Source: a phage. Taken from it: 64,000 bases of DNA. Below, in pieces: positions 27,398-36,795 of the stretch. A program made the position numbers and the translations under genes. Below the pieces are notes generated by a model, which saw only the letters and a program-made list of their open reading frames with translations, had not been told where the DNA came from and did no database searches. The stretch lies in sequence record PZ386978.1; one strand, given 5' to 3'. The first letter of the stretch is position 1, and each line of letters starts with the position of its first letter.

Positions 27398-27423
27398 AGT
27401 CTCATTTTAATGTAGATGAGACT
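27398..27423. other. Module A3 stem-loop: AGTCTCAT / ATGAGACT around loop TTTAATGTAG
   Basis: 8-bp inverted repeat with the same loop motif as 27260-27287. Confidence 0.7.
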
Positions 27424-27425
27424 AG

Positions 27426-27480
27426 CTACCCATACCTTACCTAGCCAAACCTCACCTAACCATACCAAACCCCACTCCAC
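27426..27480. repeat. Pentamer-periodic array A3: 11 CNNAC units
   Basis: ctacc catac cttac ctagc caaac ctcac ctaac catac caaac cccac tccac; followed by a CCCTCTTAAAGAC box. Confidence 0.85.
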
Positions 27481-27517
27481 CTCATTAAAAGACCCTCTTA
27501 AAGACCTTTTAAAAAGG

Positions 27518-27533
27518 AGCCTCCGAAGAGGCT
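27518..27533 (-). terminator. Minus-strand intrinsic terminator with UUCG tetraloop after the 27545..27985 gene
   Basis: Minus strand reads AGCCTC-TTCG-GAGGCT followed by CTTTTTAAAA. Confidence 0.6.
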
Positions 27534-27544
27534 GCCTAGTCAAA

Positions 27545-27985
27545 TTAGAAAGGTTTTCTGCGTTGTTTGTTAATGTTAGCTTTCATAGCAGCTAAATGGT
27601 TTTGCTGTTCAATCAGTCGTGAACGTTCTTGATGACTAAGTGCCATAGTGTTCACATTCTCAATTGCTTGAGTGGCTTGTTTTAAAGCACGACCAATCTT
27701 ACCAGACATTTTACGTTTTGCAATAGTTGCTTGATGCTTAGGTTCAACCACACGATAACCAACACCCATTGAAGCAACCAGATAAATCTTCTCTTCTTTA
27801 AGAAGCTTCTCAATAAACTTCTCAAGCCGGTTTAGACGTGTAAGTGCATAAGCCTTCATTTCATCTTCGTACTTAACAATGTCGCCTTGATAAGTTGGCT
27901 TAACAATACCTAAGAAGGTATCCATCTCAGAATGTGATACAGTGTCACCGTAACTAAACTTTGCTGCTAATGCTTTTGTATTCAT
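27545..27985 (-). CDS. Hypothetical protein (array-flanked cassette, gene 2)
   Basis: 146 aa ORF; basic C-terminus; no recognisable motif. Confidence 0.55.
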   Translation of the reverse strand: MNTKALAAKFSYGDTVSHSEMDTFLGIVKPTYQGDIVKYEDEMKAYALTRLNRLEKFIEKLLKEEKIYLVASMGVGYRVVEPKHQATIAKRKMSGKIGRALKQATQAIENVNTMALSHQERSRLIEQQNHLAAMKANINKQRRKPF

Positions 27986-27987
27986 AA

Positions 27988-28593
<606 letters not shown>

Positions 28594-28650
28594 TTAGTTG
28601 ATTGTTAAGTTGTTTGTAAAGAACCCTCAACAGAAGACTCTTTAGAAACT

Positions 28651-28678
28651 TGGTAGATTTTTAACGTGGCTACTACCA
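28651..28678. other. Module B stem-loop: TGGTAG / CTACCA around a 16-nt loop
   Basis: Compensatory variant of the 27098-27125 stem with a near-identical loop (ATTTTTAACGTGGCTA). Confidence 0.7.
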
Positions 28679-28680
28679 TC

Positions 28681-28760
28681 CACCCATACCGCGCCCGACC
28701 CTACATTACCAGACCATACAAAGCCATACCCAACCAAACACTACCGCACCATACCGAACA
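28681..28760. repeat. Pentamer-periodic array B: 16 NNNCC/NNACA units
   Basis: caccc atacc gcgcc cgacc ctaca ttacc agacc ataca aagcc atacc caacc aaaca ctacc gcacc atacc gaaca. Confidence 0.9.
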
Positions 28761-28797
28761 TCACTTAAAAACCCTCTTAGAAGACTCTTAAGTGATG
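28759..28797. other. HB hairpin, second copy of the CCCTCTTAGAAGAC-box hairpin
   Basis: Perfect 10-bp stem CATCACTTAA / TTAAGTGATG with the same loop box as H1. Confidence 0.7.
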
Positions 28798-28827
28798 CTG
28801 GTGAGTACCCGTTGGTTTATGCTGCTC

Positions 28828-28855
28828 AGTATACTCACCAAATTTTCTATGTCAA
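28828..28855 (-). promoter_or_regulatory. Sigma70-like promoter candidate on the minus strand (TTGACA-16-TATACT)
   Basis: Read on the minus strand just downstream of the ligase stop; would place array B and HB in a ~230-nt leader of the 200-aa gene. Confidence 0.4.
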
Positions 28856-28862
28856 CAACTTT

Positions 28863-29963
28863 TTATTCGTAGTCTCGAATAACTAACCCAACAGGGAACT
28901 GTAAAGAACCCTTACGAGTCATCTTCTGGAACTGAACCGTTAAAGGCTTCCCGATAAACTCATCAGGATGCTCAGCAAGATACTGCTTCTTCTCATGAGT
29001 AGTCTTCCATGAGACATCTACAAAGACGTTAGGAAGAGTCTCTACAACGAACTTACCATGACCACGTTTATCAGTCTTTACACCAGTCACTTTAAACTCT
29101 TCAGTGTGCATCTTCTTGTGCTTAATCAAGAAGTATGAACGGTGACAACACTCATAGAAGGAGTCTTCAGAGATTGAACGGTACATTGCACCTTCAAACT
29201 TAGCTTCAACCCACTTATCATGAGCTTCATCAAACTCTTCCCAAGAATTTACACGACGAGACTTAACAGGAACAACTCTACAGCCATCTCTAAAGTCATT
29301 CAATGGTGAAGTCTCAATAATATCTCTACGCTCAGGCCAAGTTTTTGAATTGTCACAGATATCATACCAGTAGAACTTAAGAAGGTGGCGGTCTGGATTG
29401 TCAGCATTCTTAATCATAGACACAATATCTTCTAAGTCCCAACCATGAGCATAAATCTCACCATCAAAGTCTTCGACTTGTGGATGCAATTTAAGCAACA
29501 AAAGCAAATCTGGGATTAGTTCTGCTGGGACGTTGTAAACAGTATTCTCACGAGAATAAGCCGTGAAACTAACTGAATCAGCATTTCTTGAAATCCTACA
29601 ACGTACACCATCCAGTTTCGGTTGAGCATCAGCAGGAAATTTCAAATACTTTGCATGACTTACCTTCGCAGCATCGTGAGCAAGCTGTACACCTACCTTT
29701 TCAGCATTCTGTGCAGACTCTTTTGTGTAAGCATAACCTTTACGGTCAACTTGCTTTTTATACTTAGCAGAAACTTCAAAGAGAGCTTGCTGTTCAGCGT
29801 TACGCTCATTCTTTTTACCGATGTTTTTAGGTTCTGCTGTATACTCTTCAAACATCATCTTGCCATTTTCTTTGCCATACGTGGTAACAACTTTGTCACC
29901 TACAGCAACGCATGACCAGACGTTAAAAGAGCCGTCTTTATTTTGTTTGTATAGAATTGTCAT
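28863..29963 (-). CDS. ATP-dependent DNA ligase
   Basis: 366 aa; adenylation motif I KLDGVR (PKLDGVRCRI). Confidence 0.85.
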   Translation of the reverse strand: MTILYKQNKDGSFNVWSCVAVGDKVVTTYGKENGKMMFEEYTAEPKNIGKKNERNAEQQALFEVSAKYKKQVDRKGYAYTKESAQNAEKVGVQLAHDAAKVSHAKYLKFPADAQPKLDGVRCRISRNADSVSFTAYSRENTVYNVPAELIPDLLLLLKLHPQVEDFDGEIYAHGWDLEDIVSMIKNADNPDRHLLKFYWYDICDNSKTWPERRDIIETSPLNDFRDGCRVVPVKSRRVNSWEEFDEAHDKWVEAKFEGAMYRSISEDSFYECCHRSYFLIKHKKMHTEEFKVTGVKTDKRGHGKFVVETLPNVFVDVSWKTTHEKKQYLAEHPDEFIGKPLTVQFQKMTRKGSLQFPVGLVIRDYE

Positions 29964-30166
29964 TTTCTCTTACCACCAATTTCCACGTCAATAACTTGAA
30001 CATCACCAGCAACATCAAACTTATGAATGATGCTTTCCACAGTGTAAGTCCAACCCTCGATGCGAACCAATTCACCTTCTCGTGGGACGATTGGATTACG
30101 TTGAGCTACGGTTGTAGTGGAGTGAACAACATCATAACAGTAGATATAGTTTACTAGAACTTGCAT
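29960..30166 (-). CDS. Hypothetical small protein
   Basis: 68 aa ORF; stop overlaps ligase start. Confidence 0.4.
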   Translation of the reverse strand: MQVLVNYIYCYDVVHSTTTVAQRNPIVPREGELVRIEGWTYTVESIIHKFDVAGDVQVIDVEIGGKRK

Positions 30167-30175
30167 ATCCCCACC

Positions 30176-30430
30176 TTAAAAGAATAAGTCAGATGCTTTT
30201 GGGTTGATTAAACTCATGCAGTTTTGAAGCATGGCTTCATTGTAACCCTCTTGGCAAACTGCGTAGAGTTTATCGAAAGTTTCTTTTGATACGGGGGAGA
30301 CTGATAACTCTTGGCATACACTAAGATACCATTCGTAATCTAAGCCTCTGCTCCAAGCGTCAGCGATTAAGGCTGTAGCTTTGTCTTTGCTTCTGATAAC
30401 TTCATCAGACTTTTCAATTTTACTGTTCAC
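30176..30430 (-). CDS. Hypothetical small protein
   Basis: 84 aa ORF. Confidence 0.45.
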   Translation of the reverse strand: MNSKIEKSDEVIRSKDKATALIADAWSRGLDYEWYLSVCQELSVSPVSKETFDKLYAVCQEGYNEAMLQNCMSLINPKASDLFF

Positions 30431-30662
30431 GATGCTCCACCTCTCTGTACGTTCGTCGATAATATATAATAAGCTGTGCTAACTCGTTGCTTTTAACATC
30501 TGAACGCAGCAGTTGCCAATCAAAACCTTTACCGACTCTTCCATACAGACTAAATAATTTTACTTTGCGTTTCATTTTGGTATACCAATACTCAGAAGTC
30601 AATATTAATACGTTCGCCCTTAAGGACTCCAGTACGGTCCCTTGCAATCTTGCCATCAACAA
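30420..30662 (-). CDS. Hypothetical small protein (overlaps next ORF; one of the pair may be spurious)
   Basis: 80 aa ORF overlapping 30592..30819 by 71 nt in another frame. Confidence 0.35.
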   Translation of the reverse strand: MLMARLQGTVLESLRANVLILTSEYWYTKMKRKVKLFSLYGRVGKGFDWQLLRSDVKSNELAQLIIYYRRTYREVEHREQ

Positions 30663-30819
30663 TAAGGATATGTGCAGCCCTTAAAGATTCACTATTAAAA
30701 CCTTTTACGAACTTGCTAGGCATCACTACAATAAGCATTTCCTGAATTAACTCTGGAGTGTAGCAATTGTCATGAAGTTGCTGAATAACGTCTGCAAGTG
30801 TCATTTTTGATGTCTCCAA
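30592..30819 (-). CDS. Hypothetical small protein
   Basis: 75 aa ORF. Confidence 0.4.
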   Translation of the reverse strand: METSKMTLADVIQQLHDNCYTPELIQEMLIVVMPSKFVKGFNSESLRAAHILIVDGKIARDRTGVLKGERINIDF

Positions 30820-31010
30820 TACTCAATGTCAATAAGTTCTTGTGCAATGCTTTTCAGATTACCTTTCAAGAAAACCTTCTCAGAACCAGAAAGAGATGAA
30901 TTGTCAATTAACCTGTTCATCCTCTCAAACAACTTCTGCTTACGGTTCTTGATAGTTTCCTTCGAAGCACCTTTCAACATCGCTGCATGGGTTCTTCCAC
31001 GGTGGCTCAT
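30801..31010 (-). CDS. Hypothetical small basic protein
   Basis: 69 aa ORF; a TTGACAAGGTG motif lies 40 bp upstream on the minus strand. Confidence 0.4.
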   Translation of the reverse strand: MSHRGRTHAAMLKGASKETIKNRKQKLFERMNRLIDNSSLSGSEKVFLKGNLKSIAQELIDIEYWRHQK

Positions 31011-31061
31011 AAGCCCTCCTATACAAGATATAGTATAAGGTACTCTTCCCTGAGCACCTTG

Positions 31062-31590
31062 TCAACTTAGTTTTGCAAACTCTCCGTGGAGTTTTACAGC
31101 AGCTTCACAGTAAGCTTTATGGGCTTCTTCAGGTGTGTCATAGTAGCCTAATGACATCTTTTTACCTTTATAGCTTATTTGTGCAACCCACCTGCCAGAC
31201 TTCTTCTTCAGGCTTACACCTTTATAGCCTGATTTATTGGTGGATAGTTTGCTTTTATTCCAAGCACTTTGGCAGTCATCTGCTTCTCTTAAGTTTACAA
31301 CCCTGTTATCAAGGGAGTCCCCATTAATATGGTCAATAACACCTTTCGGTAGCCTACCATACACGTACAGCCATGCGAGTCTGTGTGCTTTATGTGCTTT
31401 CTTGTCAAAATAGATAGTAATCTGCTTATGACCAGTTGAGTCAATCTGGATGCTCCCCGCTACCTGTCCTGCGTACTTACTATTAAAGACTTTAACAGCC
31501 CTTGAGTCACCCTCTCTACGAAGCCAAGTAAAGACCCCTGTTTCGGGGTCATAGTGTAGTAGTTCCTTTAAACGTTCTTGTGTAATCATT
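31062..31590 (-). CDS. HNH homing endonuclease with AP2-like DNA-binding domain
   Basis: HNH segment HRLAWLYVYGRLPKGVIDHINGDSLDNRVVNL; AP2-like SGYKGVS...GRWVAQISYKGKKMSLGYYDTPEEA; start trimmed to the internal ATG (MITQERLKELLHYDPETGVFTW) that has a GGTGA ribosome-binding site. Confidence 0.8.
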
Positions 31591-31599
31591 TTGTCACCA

Positions 31600-34329
31600 T
31601 TAATGCACTTCCAACCACGATTTACCAACCTTACCAGTACCAGTTACCAGTGTTTCACTCTTTAGTCCTAAGTTCTTAGAGGCTTGACCGTAATACCAAT
31701 CAGTGACAGCCTTCACCTCTGCCGTCATACTTTCTGGGCATTCCCAACTCGTCTCGTCGTGATAGGAGCACAATAAACGAGCACCTATAGCTGGTTTGCG
31801 ACCGTTCAACTTCATCAAACCTTCGTCAATCATACGACGGCAAGCAAGGTTAATTGCCTCGTTCTGAATCTGACTTTCCGAACCCATGAGCAAATAATTC
31901 AATAACTTATGTGGAGATTTACACCACAACCAAGCTCCAGCAACCTTTACAAAACCTCCTTTAGAGATTGCAGCAGTCTTACCAAACACCTCTTCAAGTG
32001 CCTTTTTAGTTGCTTTGTAGTCAGCTTCCAAGTCATCTAGCAGCTTCTTAATTTTAGGCAAACGAATAAAGTAAGTCTGTTTAGTCAGCGCACCTTCCTG
32101 AGTAGTTGCAGCTTTAATTGTCTTAGCAAACTTCTCATCACCTGCACCGAACAGTAGTGCATAGATACCATTCTTAGCTTTCTTACGACCTTTGCTAATC
32201 TCATGAAGAAGATTCTCATCCTGAGTAGCTCGACAAGTCAAGATGTCCTGCTCATCGTTCAAGCTAAAGTAAATACTGTTCAGTGTATGTGCATCAGTCC
32301 CTGAATAGACAACGTACAGGTCATTCTCAGAGTCATAGCGAAGGTACTTATCAATTTCTGGGTTGAGATACTCATCAAAATGTTTGCAGTAATAGCGTCC
32401 ATCTTCTTGACGAATGAACTCAATTTCTTCTTTACCTTGTGTTACCGCTTTGGTGAAGTCTTTATCACCCATAAAGTTACAAAGGAGAACTAGCTGGGCT
32501 GAGTTCATGTCTACAGAGACAACGTTAGTCCCTTCCTCACAAATCCACACTGCCCTCATTGGTTCCCCATAGACAGCAGCACCAGACGGTACGTTTACAA
32601 TACCATATTGTGTCATACGTCCAGTTGAAGTACCAAACACCATTGCACCAGCACTAAGGCGACCATCAGGACGAATCTGGTTCAACCAACCTTTTTCATC
32701 ATCTTTTGAGTTCTCAATAGTTCTGCGTCGGTGCATTAAAGTATAGTACTTAGCAATCTTCTGTCCAAGCTCACCTTCAATCGTATCATAAGATGATTCA
32801 GTAAGTTTTGGTGAAGTACGGATTAAGCAAGGCTCAAGCAAATCTGTATATTTCTTCACAGACCAGTTATGCTCAATGTACTGTACACCTTCATGTTCAA
32901 CATAACTCAAACCACATCGTTCCACCATTTCCTGCCACTTAGGATGTTTTGTAATCATCTTTTTATTGTCTTTGAAACGACAAACTTTGACAGGGCGACC
33001 GTCTGAGTCTTTCTTGTAGTTCCAGTCATCTGGAATCCAACCAACTGATTTCAAGTAGTCTTTAACAACTGCTACCTGAGTCATACGAGAAACTTCGAAC
33101 TCAATTGGTGTATATGGTGCATCAATCAAACCTGTGTAGCGACTTGACTCAAGTTCAAAGTGGTTAACAACGTGACTGTTATAGTACTTCACAGTTTTGA
33201 CTGTTTTTACTGGCTTCCAGTCTTTGCACTTCTTACCAATCTTTGCGTTCAACTCATTGCAAATTGCACGAGCATCCTTCATTGCTACAAAACCTTCCTT
33301 GTACTCTTCACCAGTTACAGTGTTGGTTGGTGTATAGCAATTCCTTTTCTCAATGTTAAAAATCTTTGTAGTTGGCTTACCAAATGGCTTGATTTCATAT
33401 GTTTGCATCTCGCCGTTACGTACCTGCTGACGATACTTCGTCTTAGGGTACTTGGTAATTCTTTTCAGACCATCTGCATGACCGAATGTTTCAACATACT
33501 CATTCCAAGCTTTTGCAAACTCTTCTCCAGTGACTTTACCTTTGGTCTTAATAGTTGGAGGAAGATGTGGTTCAACCTCTGAAGCAAGCTCATTAGTCAA
33601 TTTGTCAAGTTCCTTCACATGGAACTCCATAAGCTCTTTATCAGCTTTCCAGCCATTAATAGCTTGTTGACTCATCCAGAAAGATGTCTCTTTAGCTCGC
33701 ATGTAAGTCTCATAAGTGTCTATACCACACTTCTTAAGCTTGAGATACTCGTTATCAAGTGCCCGTTTAGTTTTGGCGTTAATACGGATATCTTCTACAA
33801 CACGAGTGAAGATTTCTGCATTCCACACACCCCAATGTTCAATCTCTGGTTTACGGACACCAACACGAGCACCCCATGCAGCCAAACCATGAGCACCTTT
33901 ATAACCCTTTGGAGTTGGTCTATCCATCCACTGAACACGAGACTGGATAAGAGAATCCTGAAAGAAATTACTCCACGGCTTACATTTTGGATTATCAAAG
34001 TTCCATAAATCAGGTGCAATGTGATTGAAAACCCACCAGTCATAGCCGAGACCATTATGGATGCAAAGACGTTTTGCCTTTAACGCAAATTCAACACCTT
34101 CACGTAAGCCGCCCTTGATGTACTTGGTATACTTGTGACCGAGGATAGGCTCATCTGTAAAGACCCATACAGGAGGCTCTTCATCGTCAGATTTATAGTC
34201 TGCAAAAGCCATTACGTGAACTTTAGTGAACTCAAGGAGTAAACCATCAGTCTCTGTATCACCAACTAAATGTAAGTTTTTAAAATCTACGTTTTCCATT
34301 TTTACTCCCTCTAAAATCATTAACCTCAT
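31600..34329 (-). CDS. DNA polymerase, family A (T7-like), with 3'-5' exonuclease domain
   Basis: 909 aa; exo motif VGDTETDGL; motif A-like VSVDMNSAQLVLL; motif B-like KKAKNGIYALLFGAG; motif C SYHDE. Confidence 0.9.
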   Translation of the reverse strand: MRLMILEGVKMENVDFKNLHLVGDTETDGLLLEFTKVHVMAFADYKSDDEEPPVWVFTDEPILGHKYTKYIKGGLREGVEFALKAKRLCIHNGLGYDWWVFNHIAPDLWNFDNPKCKPWSNFFQDSLIQSRVQWMDRPTPKGYKGAHGLAAWGARVGVRKPEIEHWGVWNAEIFTRVVEDIRINAKTKRALDNEYLKLKKCGIDTYETYMRAKETSFWMSQQAINGWKADKELMEFHVKELDKLTNELASEVEPHLPPTIKTKGKVTGEEFAKAWNEYVETFGHADGLKRITKYPKTKYRQQVRNGEMQTYEIKPFGKPTTKIFNIEKRNCYTPTNTVTGEEYKEGFVAMKDARAICNELNAKIGKKCKDWKPVKTVKTVKYYNSHVVNHFELESSRYTGLIDAPYTPIEFEVSRMTQVAVVKDYLKSVGWIPDDWNYKKDSDGRPVKVCRFKDNKKMITKHPKWQEMVERCGLSYVEHEGVQYIEHNWSVKKYTDLLEPCLIRTSPKLTESSYDTIEGELGQKIAKYYTLMHRRRTIENSKDDEKGWLNQIRPDGRLSAGAMVFGTSTGRMTQYGIVNVPSGAAVYGEPMRAVWICEEGTNVVSVDMNSAQLVLLCNFMGDKDFTKAVTQGKEEIEFIRQEDGRYYCKHFDEYLNPEIDKYLRYDSENDLYVVYSGTDAHTLNSIYFSLNDEQDILTCRATQDENLLHEISKGRKKAKNGIYALLFGAGDEKFAKTIKAATTQEGALTKQTYFIRLPKIKKLLDDLEADYKATKKALEEVFGKTAAISKGGFVKVAGAWLWCKSPHKLLNYLLMGSESQIQNEAINLACRRMIDEGLMKLNGRKPAIGARLLCSYHDETSWECPESMTAEVKAVTDWYYGQASKNLGLKSETLVTGTGKVGKSWLEVH

Positions 34330-34344
34330 ACATTACTGCAAAAA

Positions 34345-34378
34345 ATTATAAAAAGCAAGTTGACAATGCACTTGACAA
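34345..34378. promoter_or_regulatory. Divergent promoter region between the polymerase (-) and the 34557 gene (+)
   Basis: Two plus-strand TTGACA boxes (34360-34365, 34373-34378; second is the TTGACAAGGTG motif) and a minus-strand TATAAT (plus coordinates 34345-34350); exact start sites not determinable by eye. Confidence 0.35.
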
Positions 34379-34556
34379 GGTGTTAATCTTTGCGAAGTGG
34401 GTTTTTACTTAAAAGGTTACTTAACAGTTTAACTATACAGATACTTTAAAACTCTTAAAAGATTATTTAATAGCTTTTAAAAAGCTTTAAAGTATAACGT
34501 ATAGAATACGTTAAGATAAAAGATTAAAACTTAATAGTTACTTAAAAGAGGCTTAC

Positions 34557-34979
34557 ATGCAGAAAATGTTTGTTCACCCAGACATAGCTGACTTTGTTAG
34601 AGCTTTGCAGAAGTTGGAAGAACTTGACATTGCTGCTCAACGGGAATATGCTCACCATCACAGGAGAATGGTTGATATACAACATGAAATAGAGTTGTCT
34701 GAAAACTATGAAGATGACTTAAAATGCTCTGTATTTGAGCATATGAAAGATGTTGCTACAGCGAGACGTAAAGCTAAAGACACAGTTGCTTTACTAGATT
34801 CTCTTAAAAAGAGGTTGCAAAGTGGTACAGACCTGTGTAATCTGGCGTCACTGATTAACGATGTTGAAACTTCTTGGGATAGGCACTATTATCCACGCTC
34901 TGAAAAGACACTTGACTTTTCTTCATCAGAAAACTTAAAATGTTCTAGAAAGAAACTTAACCAACTGAGAGAGAAATAA
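34557..34979 (+). CDS. Hypothetical protein
   Basis: 140 aa ORF, first gene of the plus-strand replication block. Confidence 0.5.
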   Translation: MQKMFVHPDIADFVRALQKLEELDIAAQREYAHHHRRMVDIQHEIELSENYEDDLKCSVFEHMKDVATARRKAKDTVALLDSLKKRLQSGTDLCNLASLINDVETSWDRHYYPRSEKTLDFSSSENLKCSRKKLNQLREK

Positions 34980-34980
34980 T

Positions 34981-35781
34981 ATGAATATCGATGTAGAAAA
35001 GATGCTTGAAGAAAAAGGTATTGACGAAGCATTTTTAATCAATGCCGTAGAAAGTATGGCTATGATTCTTCGTGGGAACAACTACACAGAACAGTTTATG
35101 CCTTCAAGCTATAACTTGCCTGAAGACAAGTCTGATAACGGTGCTTTTGCAGAACAGGTTAACATGATGTTGACAGACACTACACTTGCTCTGGCATCTA
35201 TTGCGGTTGGTGTTGATGCACTTGCTGAGTTTATTTTTTATGAAATGCAAAAGAATGACTATATCAGGATGTCAGACGAAGATAAGGAACTGTTGCTGAC
35301 TAAGGATACTGATTTCCTTATTGACATGCTTATCTCATCAACTAGTGCTGTTATGGCTGCTCTTGAGAAGCGTATGGAAGAAAAGCTGTCACGATATGAA
35401 AAGCTTGATTGGGGCGTAGAAGAATTAAGCCCACGAATCAAGGAGATTATCCAGCAAACTAAAGAGTCTTTGGAAGAAGCTGTTGAAAATGACTCTGTAG
35501 CTGATATAGAACCACTTCAGGTGAAAGTTGCACTGATGATTCCAGCTATCTCTACGATGATGAATATCGTTGCACTAATCCAACTTTCACAGATGATGGG
35601 TATGAGTATTAAGTTTATTGAGGAGATGACTGGCGGTGTCAGTATGCAAGCAATCAATGATGTTTTGGTGAACATTGGTGCTTCAATCATTGAAGAGAAA
35701 CTACGCATTAACTTCGGTGATGATTTTGTGAAGCAACTCTCAGCTATGGCTGAAAAAGAGTCTGCTGAGCAACTGCACTAA
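34981..35781 (+). CDS. Hypothetical protein
   Basis: 266 aa acidic, helix-rich ORF. Confidence 0.5.
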   Translation: MNIDVEKMLEEKGIDEAFLINAVESMAMILRGNNYTEQFMPSSYNLPEDKSDNGAFAEQVNMMLTDTTLALASIAVGVDALAEFIFYEMQKNDYIRMSDEDKELLLTKDTDFLIDMLISSTSAVMAALEKRMEEKLSRYEKLDWGVEELSPRIKEIIQQTKESLEEAVENDSVADIEPLQVKVALMIPAISTMMNIVALIQLSQMMGMSIKFIEEMTGGVSMQAINDVLVNIGASIIEEKLRINFGDDFVKQLSAMAEKESAEQLH

Positions 35782-35798
35782 GTCTTTATAAATCTTAC

Positions 35799-35823
35799 AA
35801 GCCTCCTTAGTTGGGGGCTTTTT
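35799..35823 (+). terminator. Intrinsic terminator candidate
   Basis: Stem AAGCCTCC / GGGGGCTT (one G-U pair), loop TTAGTT, then TTTTT. Confidence 0.5.
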
Positions 35824-35842
35824 AGTAATTAATGGAGATAAA

Positions 35843-36586
35843 ATGAATAAAATCATCGCATTTACTGGAAAGGCACGTTCTGGAAAAGACACCTCATGTT
35901 CTATTGTGAAGAACATCTTAGAGGATGAGTATGGCTACAATGTTGAAGTAATGGCCTTTGCAGACAACCTTAAACTATCTGCATCAAAGATATTTGACTT
36001 GACTTGGAATGACCTGTACGGTGGAACTAAAGAGACTCTACAGGTTTTTGACTTATCATATCCTGAACTGATGTTTAAAGTTACGGAAGCTATGGAGTTC
36101 ACCTTCAGAGATGAACGTTACCATATGGACTTCAAGCTTATGTCAGAGTTAACCGGACGATTAATCATAGAGCTTAAGAAGGTTGCTAAACCGACTCTAT
36201 TGACACGTCTGGGGTTTAGCAAAAAGTATAAATTCTCATCAAGACAAATTCAACAGATTTGGGGCACTGAAGTTGTCCGTAAAGTAATGGGCGACAAGTT
36301 CTGGTCTAAAGACCTTGAAAAAAGAATGGCTAGATTCTATGAAATGTGCTCACTTAGAAATCAATATGGTTTTGTCTTAATCAGCGATTTAAGATTTGAC
36401 TCTGAAGCTGAATGGCTGAGTAGATTTGCACACCAAACTATTGAAGTAAAAAGAGACAATGTGGACAAAGTTTCATCACATGTTTCAGAAAATGGGATTT
36501 CTACAAAATATGAGCGTGACATTATTCATAATAATGGTACTCTTGCAGACCTTGAGAACAAGCTAAGAGCCATCATTAAAGTTTAA
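35843..36586 (+). CDS. Deoxynucleoside monophosphate kinase
   Basis: 247 aa; P-loop AFTGKARSGKDT at the N-terminus; overall architecture like T4-type dNMP kinases. Confidence 0.7.
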   Translation: MNKIIAFTGKARSGKDTSCSIVKNILEDEYGYNVEVMAFADNLKLSASKIFDLTWNDLYGGTKETLQVFDLSYPELMFKVTEAMEFTFRDERYHMDFKLMSELTGRLIIELKKVAKPTLLTRLGFSKKYKFSSRQIQQIWGTEVVRKVMGDKFWSKDLEKRMARFYEMCSLRNQYGFVLISDLRFDSEAEWLSRFAHQTIEVKRDNVDKVSSHVSENGISTKYERDIIHNNGTLADLENKLRAIIKV

Positions 36587-36594
36587 AAGAGAGA

Positions 36595-36795
36595 ATGAAG
36601 ATGAGAGTAAAAGACAATTTTAAAGTTATTGACCACCGTTTAGTGGAACTCTCATCTCTTTCCAATGAGGTAATGATTGAACGTCTTAAGAGAGTTGAAT
36701 CACGAAGGAAAGAGATTGCAGATGAAATTCATGAACTGGACAAGATTGAAAATGGATTAAAAGCAGAACTACAACGAAGAGGTGCTAATGTCTAA
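36595..36795 (+). CDS. Hypothetical small coiled-coil protein
   Basis: 66 aa ORF overlapping the primase-helicase start. Confidence 0.4.
   Translation: MKMRVKDNFKVIDHRLVELSSLSNEVMIERLKRVESRRKEIADEIHELDKIENGLKAELQRRGANV

Noticed and set aside
34400-34556. AT-rich palindromes upstream of the 34557 gene (AGCTTTTAAAAAGCT, AACGTATAGAATACGTT) as a replication origin
   Set aside because: Short palindromes of this kind are common in AT-rich promoter regions and I cannot tell an origin from operator sites by eye; noted only as part of the divergent promoter region.
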